Virus record (IMG/VR): IMGVR_UViG_2645727539_000015
DNA length: 18,384 bases
Direction: 5' to 3' (one strand)
From: a virus
Taxonomy: Duplodnaviria; Heunggongvirae; Uroviricota; Caudoviricetes
How positions within the stretch are numbered: position 1 is the first letter of the stretch; the number at the start of each line of letters is the position of its first letter. Made by a program: the position numbers and the translations under genes. Below the pieces are notes generated by a model that saw only the letters and a program-made list of their open reading frames with translations, had not been told where the DNA came from and did no database searches. Positions 1-7,083 of this stretch are shown here, in pieces.

Positions 1-93
1 TATCCGGAAGGTCGATGGGGAGTTGAATTTAATGATCATGAATTTGCTCTATTTGATTTTTTCAAAAATGGAAAAAGAAAAAAAACAGCATTT

Positions 94-327
94 ATGGCAA
101 TTCAGTTTATGGAAAGACATGAGGATGAAACAAGAACGGAGATAACAATTGATGTCAGTTTATCAGGTGTTGTGATTTCGGAGGGAGCCAGAACACCTAA
201 AAGACGTCCGTGGGTTGTGACTGGTCCCGGGCGTGGAGAGCTAAGAACTTATTCAACGTTAGACAAAGCTGCTACAGAGTTTTTTAAGCGACTTTCATTG
301 ATGGTATCTATGGCGATTGAAACATAA
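94..327 (+). CDS. hypothetical small phage protein (77 aa)
   Basis: ORF from the six-frame track; no recognisable motif and no clear Shine-Dalgarno; a weak GC hairpin plus T6 lies downstream at 421-438. Confidence 0.3.
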   Translation: MAIQFMERHEDETRTEITIDVSLSGVVISEGARTPKRRPWVVTGPGRGELRTYSTLDKAATEFFKRLSLMVSMAIET

Positions 328-561
328 GGGATATAAAGATACCGAGGAAATGATTTGTGTTATAACAAAAACCATCTTAATCTGTTAAGAGTGGTCACTC
401 CGTCATACAGCTTAAACCTGCCGCCTGGCGGGTTTTTTATGCCCAAAATCGCGTCAGTACAGTAAACACGCTGGTGGTTGCGAATACAGGTCTTTCAGCT
501 TGCTGGCTTTTTCGACAAGAGTTATTGGTATGTCACGTTAACCGGAAAAGGGAAAAAAGGC

Positions 562-759
562 ATGCTAAAACAGCAGGATATGACAGAAACCGCCAGAGTG
601 GTGTTTAATGAATTAAGCGTTACCGACCCGGCGACAGTCGGGGAGATTGCGCAGAATACTTACCTTTCACGCGAACGCTGCCAGTTAATACTGACCCAGC
701 TGGTTATGGCGGGTCTGGCAGACTATCAGTTTGGTTGTTACAGACGCCTTCAGTCCTGA
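562..759 (+). CDS. hypothetical small phage protein (66 aa from ATG 562; track ORF 478 begins at TTG)
   Basis: ATG at 562 preceded by purine-rich GGAAAAGGG; stop TGA 757-759 lies inside an intrinsic terminator hairpin. No family recognised with certainty. Confidence 0.4.
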   Translation: MLKQQDMTETARVVFNELSVTDPATVGEIAQNTYLSRERCQLILTQLVMAGLADYQFGCYRRLQS

Positions 760-769
760 AGGCTTTTTT
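746..769 (+). terminator. rho-independent terminator (7-bp stem GCCTTCA/TGAAGGC, loop GTCC, T6)
   Basis: Perfect inverted repeat 746-752/757-763 followed by TTTTTT 764-769, overlapping the stop codon of the 562..759 ORF. Confidence 0.55.
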
Positions 770-909
770 ATTTGTGGTAAATGGGCGGCTGGTGGGTGTT
801 AGGGGCACTCACCAGCCATCTGCTCATGCGTCTGGATCACAAGCAAACCTCAGGCCCACTGCTTTGCGCAAAAGCAGAATGAGCCTATCAGAGACAGGCT
901 TAATGATCC

Positions 910-1969
910 ATGCTTAATACTGTAAAAATATCCAGTTATGAGTTAATCAACGCCGACTGCCTGGAATTTATGCGGTCGTTACCCGAAAATTCTGTTGACC
1001 TGATAGTCACGGACCCCCCCGTACTTCAAAGTGAAACCCGAGGGCTGGGATAACCAGTGGGCGGGTGATGAAGATTACCTGAAGTGGCTGGACCAGTGTC
1101 TTGCGCAGTTCTGGCGGGTGCTGAAACCAGCCGGAAGTCTTTACCTGTTCTGTGGCCATCGCCTGGCATCTGACATCGAAATCATGATGCGTGAGCGGTT
1201 TAACGTACTGAACCATATCATCTGGGCAAAGCCGTCCGGACGCTGGAACGGGTGTAACAAGGAAAGCCTGCGGGCGTATTTTCCGGCCACAGAGCGCATT
1301 CTGTTCGCGGAACATTATCAGGGGCCGTATCGCCCGAAAGATGATGGCTGTGAGGCGAAGGGCAGGGCACTGAAACAGCATGTGATGGCCCCGCTGATTG
1401 CTTACTTTCGTGATGCGCGCGCTGCCCTGGGGATAACGGCAAAACAGATTGCAGATGCCACAGGAAAGAAAAACATGGTGTCGCACTGGTTCAGTGCCGG
1501 TCAGTGGCAGTTGCCGAACGAAAGTGATTATCTGAAATTACAGGCGCTGTTTGCCCGGGTGGCAGAAGAGAAGCATCAGCGGGGTGAACTGGAAAAGCCC
1601 CACCACCAGCTGCTGGAGACGTATACTTCACTGAACCGGCAGTATGCGGAACTGCAGAGTGAATATAAGCATCTGCGGCGGTATTTTGGCGTGACGGCGC
1701 AGGTGCCGTACACGGATGTGTGGACGCACAAACCCGTACAGTTCTATCCCGGGAAACATCCGTGCGAAAAACCGGCAGAAATGCTGCGGCAGATAATCAG
1801 TGCGAGCAGTCGTCCGGGAGACCTGGTTGCAGATTTCTTCATGGGGTCAGGTTCAACGGTAAAAGCGGCGCTGTCACTGGGACGTCGGGCGATTGGTGTT
1901 GAGCTGGAGACCGGACGTTTTGAGCAGACAGTCAGGGAAGTTCAGGATTTTATCAGTCAGAACGGATGA
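910..1969 (+). pseudogene. beta-class DNA N6-adenine/N4-cytosine methyltransferase, split by a +1 frameshift in a C7 tract
   Basis: ATG 910 frame reads MLNTVKISSYELINADCLEFMRSLPENSVDLIVTDPP then stops at 1051-1053. The track ORF 1031..1969 (GTG start) continues in the next frame and ends with the AdoMet motif DFFMGSGST. Removing one C from the C7 run 1014-1020 gives in-frame DPPYFKVKPEGW, restoring the catalytic DPPY motif. Confidence 0.8.
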
Positions 1970-2009
1970 TATTGCAGAATCAGTGACGCACCGTTATTAT
2001 TCTGCGCCC

Positions 2010-2085
2010 GGCCCTTTAGCTCAGTGGTGAGAGCGAGCGACTCATAATCGCCAGGTCGCTGGTTCAAATCCAGCAAGGGCCACCA
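2010..2085 (+). tRNA. tRNA, anticodon CAU (Ile2-lysidine type or Met), 76 nt
   Basis: Manual cloverleaf: acceptor GGCCCTT/AAGGGCC, D-stem GCTC/GAGC, anticodon loop CTCATAA, T-arm GCTGG-TTCAAAT-CCAGC, encoded CCA. One A-C mismatch at the top of the anticodon stem. Confidence 0.85.
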
Positions 2086-2092
2086 TCACATA

Positions 2093-2169
2093 CCGCCATT
2101 AGCTCATCGGGATAGAGCGCCAGCCTTCGAAGCTGGTTGCGCGGGGTTCGAGACCTCGATGGCGGTCCA
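2093..2169 (+). tRNA. tRNA-Arg, anticodon UCG, 77 nt
   Basis: Acceptor CCGCCAT/ATGGCGG, D-stem GCTC/GAGC, anticodon stem CCAGC/GCTGG with loop CTTCGAA, T-arm CGGGG-TTCGAGA-CCTCG (one G-U pair), encoded CCA. Confidence 0.8.
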
Positions 2170-2182
2170 TTATCCGTACCCT

Positions 2183-2259
2183 GCGTTGTTAGCTCAGCCG
2201 GACAGAGCAATTGCCTTCTAAGCAATCGGTCACTGGTTCGAATCCAGTACAACGCGCCA
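2183..2259 (+). tRNA. tRNA-Arg, anticodon UCU (rare AGA/AGG codons), 77 nt
   Basis: Acceptor GCGTTGT/ACAACGC, D-stem GCTC/GAGC, anticodon stem ATTGC/GCAAT with loop CTTCTAA, T-arm ACTGG-TTCGAAT-CCAGT, encoded CCA. Confidence 0.85.
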
Positions 2260-2272
2260 TATTTATTTACCT

Positions 2273-2296
2273 GGCTCGCTTTTGCGGGCCTTTTTT
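2273..2296 (+). terminator. rho-independent terminator after the tRNA cluster
   Basis: Stem GGCTCGC/GCGGGCC (7 bp, one G-U), loop TTTT, then TTTTTT 2291-2296. Confidence 0.5.
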
Positions 2297-2428
2297 GTAT
2301 CCGCGCCACGCCCGGCGCATATCAACCACAGAGCCTTTCGGGGGTGAGCTTACGGAGTGGTCAGTGTGACTTTCTCTGTGGGCAGATCGCTCCCGGGCGT
2401 TGGCTCACCCACCCAAAGGAACGTCACG

Positions 2429-2860
2429 ATGTTTGGAATCTTCAAAAAGAAAACCCGCAGAGCGGCAGCGGAAATTAAAAAGTTTGAAAAACGCGATCTG
2501 GCCCAGGCGGTGATTAACGCCGCATACCTGGTGGCTTATGCCGATGGTGAATGTGAGGCTTCCGAGAAAGCGAAGATCGAACAGGTATTACGTAACCAGC
2601 CCGCCTTGTCCGCGTTTACGTCAGAAATTAATGCGATTGGCGCAACCATCACTGGTCAGCTTGACACCAACTTTAAAATTGGTCGTCGTGCGGCGTTACG
2701 TGAGATCGAGGATGTGAAACACGATATGCGAGAAGCGGAAGATGTGCTGGATGTGGCGGTGGCCATTGCGGAATCAGATGGCGAAATTGAGCCTGAAGAG
2801 CGCAAGGTGCTGGAAGAGATAGCCGGTGTTCTGGGCCTTCGTCTGGAGAATCACCTGTGA
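2429..2860 (+). CDS. TerB-like (tellurite-resistance TerB domain family) protein, 143 aa
   Basis: ATG 2429 with AAAGGA 6-7 nt upstream. Two copies of the TerB-type signature hydrophobic-A-x-A-D/S-G-E (AYLVAYADGECEASE and VAIAESDGEIEPEE) in a helical, acidic protein. The track ORF start at 2357 has no RBS. Confidence 0.6.
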   Translation: MFGIFKKKTRRAAAEIKKFEKRDLAQAVINAAYLVAYADGECEASEKAKIEQVLRNQPALSAFTSEINAIGATITGQLDTNFKIGRRAALREIEDVKHDMREAEDVLDVAVAIAESDGEIEPEERKVLEEIAGVLGLRLENHL

Positions 2861-3021
2861 CGGTAAAACTGCGCCTGGCCATTGTGGTAGTTCTGCTGTT
2901 TCTTGTCGTGATGGTGGACTTCAGCAGCCGGATAATGTCAGTGCTGGCAGATGGGATGCTGGTGGCTGGTGTTGTGGTTGTTGTTTTCCCGTTGCTGAAA
3001 AAGAAAACAACAGGTGGTTAG
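2857..3021 (+). CDS. possible small membrane peptide (54 aa), start overlapping the TerB-like stop
   Basis: GTG 2857 overlaps stop TGA 2858-2860 (GTGA); GGAGAA lies 7 nt upstream. Translation VTVKLRLAIVVVLLFLVVMVDF...GMLVAGVVVVVFPLLKKKTTGG has two hydrophobic segments and a basic C-terminus. Absent from the ORF track; the overlapping track frame 2826..3125 is Trp/Cys-rich and looks non-coding. Confidence 0.3.
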   Translation: MTVKLRLAIVVVLLFLVVMVDFSSRIMSVLADGMLVAGVVVVVFPLLKKKTTGG

Positions 3022-3263
3022 CAGGGTATCAGTTAGCCGGCGAAATTTTTAAATACCTCACAATTCAGCAAGTTTATGATTGTCTGGCTGACTGCGAATT
3101 TGTTAAAAATCGCGTCGCATGGTGAATCCCCCTCAGCGGCGGGGCATATCAGTACAGGTGTTTTCGTTTAGCCTTATCCTTTCTGTGCGGGTTCAGGTAC
3201 TGATACTGAACTCACCGGGAGGCACCCGGCACCATGCAGTATACAGAGATTAGGCATATCACC

Positions 3264-3289
3264 AGCCCCCTCTTCGGAGGGGGCTTTTT
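3264..3289 (+). terminator. rho-independent terminator (9-bp stem, UUCG tetraloop, T5)
   Basis: AGCCCCCTC-TTCG-GAGGGGGCT followed by TTTTT 3285-3289. Confidence 0.6.
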
Positions 3290-3386
3290 ACATGCAAAAA
3301 AAGCCCGCGTAGGGGGCGGGCGGTAAGAAATAAAACAAAACGTGAAGAAAATTATTCAGCTATTGGATAATACCTGAGGATTATGA

Positions 3387-3418
3387 GGCTGCGCAACTGC
3401 GCGGCCTTTTTCGTTTTT
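3387..3418 (+). terminator. rho-independent terminator (8-bp GC stem, loop AACT, T5-CG-T5)
   Basis: GGCTGCGC-AACT-GCGCGGCC (one G-U) followed by TTTTTCGTTTTT, about 80 nt upstream of the esterase start. Confidence 0.6.
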
Positions 3419-3497
3419 ACTGGCAGTTGTCTTTTGTGTTTTCAGACTTCAGTCAGTCCTTATCTGATTCAACCCACTATCCCGGCCGGGAGGATTC

Positions 3498-5411
3498 ATG
3501 GCATTTAAACATTATGATGTGGTCAGGGCTGCGTCGCCTTCAGACCTTGCGGAGCGACTGACACAAAAACTGAAGGAAGGCTGGCAGCCGTTTGGCAGCC
3601 CGGTCGCCATTACCCCTTATACCCTGATGCAGGCGATTGCCGCAGAAGGGGATGTCACCACGCCTGTCGTGGTGACACCGGAGGAAGGCGGTGCGGTGGT
3701 GAGCGATCCGACCCGTGAGCCTGAATATTACTATGTGCTGGTCACCGCAGGTCAGTCCAACAATATGGCAACCGGCGAAGGTATGCCCCTGCCTGACAGC
3801 TACGACCGTCCCGATCCACGCATTAAGCAGCTGGCCCGCCGCAGTGTGGTCCGACCGGGTGGTGCTGCCTGTAAATACAACGATGTGATTGAGGCCGATC
3901 ACTGTCTCCATGACGTTGAAGACATGAGTGCCAAAAATCACCCCAACGCGGACCTTTCCCGTGGTCAGTATGGTTGTGTCGGGCACGGCCTGCATATTGC
4001 CAAACGTCTTCTGCCCTATATTCCGGTTAATGCGGGGATCCTGATTGTGCCGTGCAGTCGTGGTGGCTCTGCGTTTACCGATCGTGATGAGGGTACCTAT
4101 AACCCGGAGACGGGGGCAACAGCGGATTCCTCCCGCTGGGGTGTGGGTAAACCGTTGTACATGGATTTAATTGCCCGCACGAAGGCGGCCCTTGAAAAGA
4201 ATCCGAAAAACGTCCTGCTGGCCGTGTACTGGATGCAGGGCGAGGGTGACTGTATGTCTTCAGGTTACACGGGGCATCCGGCGTTGTTTACGGCCATGGT
4301 GAAACAGTTCCGTACCGATCTAGCCGCGTATGCCGGTCAGTGCCTGGGCGGCGATGCGGCCCGTGTACCCTGGGTATGTGGTGACACCACCTTCTGGTGG
4401 AAGCAACAGTACCCGACACAATACAGCCTGGTTTATGGCGCGTACCGTAAAAACAGTGAGCCGAATGTGCATTTTGTCGAACTCATGAAGGATGAGACCG
4501 GTGCGAATGTTCCGACCAATAACCCGGCAGAAGATCCGGATGTGCCGGAAGCAAATTATTACGGTGCAGCATCACGCACGGCGGGTAACTGGACGAACCC
4601 GACACGCGCCATGCATTTCAGTTCCTGGGCCCGTCGCGGCATCCTGCCGGACCGTATAGCCACCGCAATCCTGACCCATGCAGGGCGTAACGGACCGTTC
4701 CTTGCCGGTGGAGATATAACGGAAAACTATCCGGAACCGGCAAAACCGAAGAGTAACGTTACCACCCTGTACAGCGGTGCAGAAAGTGAAGGTGCTTATG
4801 CCGAACAGGGCTGGACGCTGAGCGAAGGTAAGGCGGAAGTGGTACAGGATGAAAGCAGTGCTTCCGGACGGGCGCTGAAACTGAGCCAGGATGAAGCAAT
4901 GAACCTGAAGCTGACCCGTGAAGTGGCAAATGCGGCGGAACTGCTGAAAAACGGCGGTAAAATTACCTGTCGTTTTAAAATACCGGGAAGTGCGAACGGA
5001 AAACAGATAGCCCTGGCGATGTATCTGCAGCTGAAGGAAAGCGATATCCCTGAAGGTGTGGAATTTGCCAATAAGGCGGACGGTACCCATCCGTTCCTGG
5101 TGGCGTTCTATCTGCAGACAGAAACGGATGGCAAACTCAGTCTGATGCACAATGGTGCAGCGCAGACGCGTGTTGCGGGATACGGTACGCTGAACAGTGA
5201 ATGGCACACACTGGAGCTGGTATATCCGGGAGGAGGCCAGAACACGGTGACGCCGTATGTTGATACGGTAAAAGCTCCGACCACACAGCTGTCCTGGTTT
5301 AAATATGAAGGACAGGAGAACACGCTTATTCTGACGGATGCGTCGAATACAGCCACGTATGAAACGTGGATTGACGCGCTGACAGTGGAAGTAAACAGTC
5401 CGGCAGCCTGA
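3498..5411 (+). CDS. nanS-p: prophage NanS-p-type sialate (9-O-acetyl-Neu5Ac) O-acetylesterase, 637 aa
   Basis: ATG 3498 with GGGAGGA 5 nt upstream. N-terminus MAFKHYDVVRAASPSDLAERL is DUF1737-like, followed by a sialate-O-acetylesterase/SGNH-type region (YYYVLVTAGQSNNMATGEG) and a C-terminal domain. The position after the tRNA triplet matches the large esterase ORF of Stx-converting phages as I recall it. Confidence 0.85.
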   Translation: MAFKHYDVVRAASPSDLAERLTQKLKEGWQPFGSPVAITPYTLMQAIAAEGDVTTPVVVTPEEGGAVVSDPTREPEYYYVLVTAGQSNNMATGEGMPLPDSYDRPDPRIKQLARRSVVRPGGAACKYNDVIEADHCLHDVEDMSAKNHPNADLSRGQYGCVGHGLHIAKRLLPYIPVNAGILIVPCSRGGSAFTDRDEGTYNPETGATADSSRWGVGKPLYMDLIARTKAALEKNPKNVLLAVYWMQGEGDCMSSGYTGHPALFTAMVKQFRTDLAAYAGQCLGGDAARVPWVCGDTTFWWKQQYPTQYSLVYGAYRKNSEPNVHFVELMKDETGANVPTNNPAEDPDVPEANYYGAASRTAGNWTNPTRAMHFSSWARRGILPDRIATAILTHAGRNGPFLAGGDITENYPEPAKPKSNVTTLYSGAESEGAYAEQGWTLSEGKAEVVQDESSASGRALKLSQDEAMNLKLTREVANAAELLKNGGKITCRFKIPGSANGKQIALAMYLQLKESDIPEGVEFANKADGTHPFLVAFYLQTETDGKLSLMHNGAAQTRVAGYGTLNSEWHTLELVYPGGGQNTVTPYVDTVKAPTTQLSWFKYEGQENTLILTDASNTATYETWIDALTVEVNSPAA

Positions 5412-5528
5412 CGGTAAGCAAAAAAAAGCCCCTCCGCCATGCGGAGGGGAAGAAGTTAACCATCAAACGAATATCTATGGAATTTGCATTCTGACGTTTT
5501 TCATCATTATGCACAATACGGTGGAACG

Positions 5529-5693
5529 ATGACTTTTATTCAACAATTCCTGCTGTACTTCTGTACGGTGGTGTGTGTGCTGGTGCTGCTTTCCGGTGGT
5601 TTTAAAGCTGTCCGTAATTTCTGGCGTAGCCAGATTGACAAAAGGGCCGCTGAAAAAATCAGTGCCGGGCAGCAGGACAGTTCCCTTCAGTAA
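5529..5693 (+). CDS. small single-pass membrane protein (54 aa)
   Basis: ATG 5529 with GGTGGA upstream; MTFIQQFLLYFCTVVCVLVLLSGGFKAVRNFWRSQIDKR has one hydrophobic helix then a charged tail. The track ORF start at 5484 lacks an RBS. Confidence 0.4.
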   Translation: MTFIQQFLLYFCTVVCVLVLLSGGFKAVRNFWRSQIDKRAAEKISAGQQDSSLQ

Positions 5694-5718
5694 CCTTTCC
5701 CGTAAACGAGAAAATCTC

Positions 5719-5952
5719 ATGAGTGATATTAATAAACTGGTCACTGCAGAAGCAGTGAAGGATGCGCTGCGCTCTGAAGAAGTGAGCAGCGTCCTGAAAC
5801 AAAAAATTCGTGCAACCTTTGAGTCACAGATAGATGCGGAGGTGGATGCGATTCTGGCAGAGCTGACAGGTGCGCCAGCTGAAGCGTCAGGGGGCTTGCC
5901 TGAGCCGGAACAACCGGCAGAAACGGCGGCTGACCCATTTATGCCTCAGTAA
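5719..5952 (+). CDS. hypothetical acidic small protein (77 aa)
   Basis: ATG 5719 inside track ORF 5575..5952; hydrophilic, Glu/Asp/Ala-rich; compact spacing with neighbouring genes. Function unknown. Confidence 0.4.
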   Translation: MSDINKLVTAEAVKDALRSEEVSSVLKQKIRATFESQIDAEVDAILAELTGAPAEASGGLPEPEQPAETAADPFMPQ

Positions 5953-6032
5953 GGGGTTATATGCAGGTCACCGGTCAGGAGGCGGGTGACCCTGTTGTTT
6001 CTGCGGACTTCCGTCAGTCGGGAGGCGAGGGC

Positions 6033-6248
6033 ATGTATCAGATGGAAAAAATAGCAACGGGTGTGTCGTACAGCACATCAGCGGCGGGGACGGGATACTG
6101 GTTGTTTCAGATACTGGATAATGTCACGCCCTCACAGTGGACGGCTATTGGAGTGCTGGGGAGTCTGTTTTTTGGTTTGCTGACATACCTCACCAATCTG
6201 TATTTCAAAATCAGAGAGGACCGGCGTAAGGCAGCCCGGGGAGAGTGA
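6033..6248 (+). CDS. S: pinholin (phage 21 S21-like class II holin) with dual-start motif MYQMEK
   Basis: [23 protein letters not shown]...[22 protein letters not shown] closely matches the phage 21 pinholin as I recall it. GGAGG sits 7 nt before ATG 6033 and a second ATG at 6042 gives the antiholin/holin pair. The track ORF start at 5961 is an in-frame leader. Confidence 0.9.
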   Translation: MYQMEKIATGVSYSTSAAGTGYWLFQILDNVTPSQWTAIGVLGSLFFGLLTYLTNLYFKIREDRRKAARGE

Positions 6249-6252
6249 GACG

Positions 6253-6786
6253 GTGAGTCAGAAAGTCCGTTATGGTTTATCGGCTGCGGTTCTGGCGCTG
6301 ATTGCCGCAGGTGCTTCTGCGCCTGACATTCTTGACCAGTTTCTGGATGAAAAGGAAGGTAACCACACCACGGCATACCGTGATGGTGCGGGTATCTGGA
6401 CCATCTGCCGTGGTGCCATTCTGGTGGATGGTAAACCTGTTGTTCCGGGGATGAAGTTGTCGAAGGAAAAATGCGACCAGGTTAATGGCATTGAACGTGA
6501 TAAGGCGCTGGCATGGGTGGAGAAAAACATCAGAGTGCCACTGACTGAACCCCAGAAAGCGGGGATCGCGTCATTCTGCCCGTACAACATTGGCCCCGGT
6601 AAGTGTTTTCCGTCGACGTTTTATAAACGAATTAATGCAGGTGATCGAAAAGGTGCCTGCGAAGCGATTCGCTGGTGGATTAAGGACGGTGGCAGAGACT
6701 GCCGTATCCGCTCAAACAACTGCTACGGTCAGGTATCCCGTCGTGACCAGGAAAGTGCGCTGGCGTGCTGGGGCATCGACAGATAG
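6253..6786 (+). CDS. R: SAR (signal-anchor-release) endolysin, T4-lysozyme-like
   Basis: GTG start 4 nt after the holin stop; N-terminal Gly/Ala-rich weak TM segment YGLSAAVLALIAAGASA; catalytic E/D/T spacing (EGNH..RDGAG..WTICRG) typical of the family and of pinholin partners. Confidence 0.85.
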   Translation: MSQKVRYGLSAAVLALIAAGASAPDILDQFLDEKEGNHTTAYRDGAGIWTICRGAILVDGKPVVPGMKLSKEKCDQVNGIERDKALAWVEKNIRVPLTEPQKAGIASFCPYNIGPGKCFPSTFYKRINAGDRKGACEAIRWWIKDGGRDCRIRSNNCYGQVSRRDQESALACWGIDR

Positions 6787-7083
6787 CAGAATATTTTGCT
6801 GAAAAATAACGTTTACTCACGCGGACGGATAACACGAAATCCTGCGAACTGGCAAAATGTAAGTGGATAAAGTCAAAACAGTTGTTTAACACTCAGGCAC
6901 TGTAATGGTGCCTTTGTCATTTCTGCGCTTCGCACAAGCGTAAATAAACCAAAGAACCTTTCAGGATGAGCCCTGGTGGATAACCGGCAGTGGTCTGGTT
7001 AACCCTCTTTGGGCTGGTTATTCCTGTGCGCAGGGTTCATCACTAAAAGGAATCAACCATGAAAGAGATGATTTCTGTCGATC

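Noticed and set aside
68-145. Alternative ATG at 68 with an A8 run (80-87) that could fuse to the 94..327 ORF by frameshift
   Set aside because: There is no RBS for either start and no recognisable protein family to support a longer product; it is noted only as a homopolymer tract.
735-917. Track ORF 735..917 (+), 60 aa
   Set aside because: It starts inside the upstream gene and spans the terminator and the 12-bp stem-loop; there is no RBS and the composition is Ser/Arg/His-rich, typical of an off-frame read.
1007-1486. Track ORFs 1007..1486 (-) and 1218..1442 (-) antisense to the methyltransferase
   Set aside because: They lie wholly inside a well-supported + strand methyltransferase frame; the products are Cys/Arg/His-rich with no motifs.
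2064-2478. Track ORFs 2064..2309 (-) and 2137..2478 (+) overlapping the tRNA cluster
   Set aside because: They run through three well-folded tRNA genes and a terminator, have no RBS, and their translations are low-complexity; they are treated as chance ORFs.
2826-3125. Track ORF 2826..3125 (+), 99 aa
   Set aside because: It is Trp/Cys/Gly-rich and begins inside the TerB-like gene; the alternative frame encoding a hydrophobic peptide (2857-3021) is more protein-like, though itself of low confidence.
2297-3497. Shiga toxin genes stxA/stxB at the canonical position after the tRNA triplet
   Set aside because: No ORF in this interval has the length or features of StxA (~315 aa) or StxB (~89 aa with signal peptide); the slot holds the TerB-like gene instead.
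3381-3512. 43-codon ORF starting at ATG 3381 and overlapping the esterase start
   Set aside because: It contains the terminator hairpin at 3387-3418, has an SD spaced too close, and overlaps the well-supported esterase start; it is judged non-coding.
3540-5440. Minus-strand track ORFs inside the esterase (3540..3995, 4572..5207, 4796..5071, 5108..5440)
   Set aside because: They are antisense to a confidently assigned 637-aa gene and have amino-acid compositions typical of non-coding frames.
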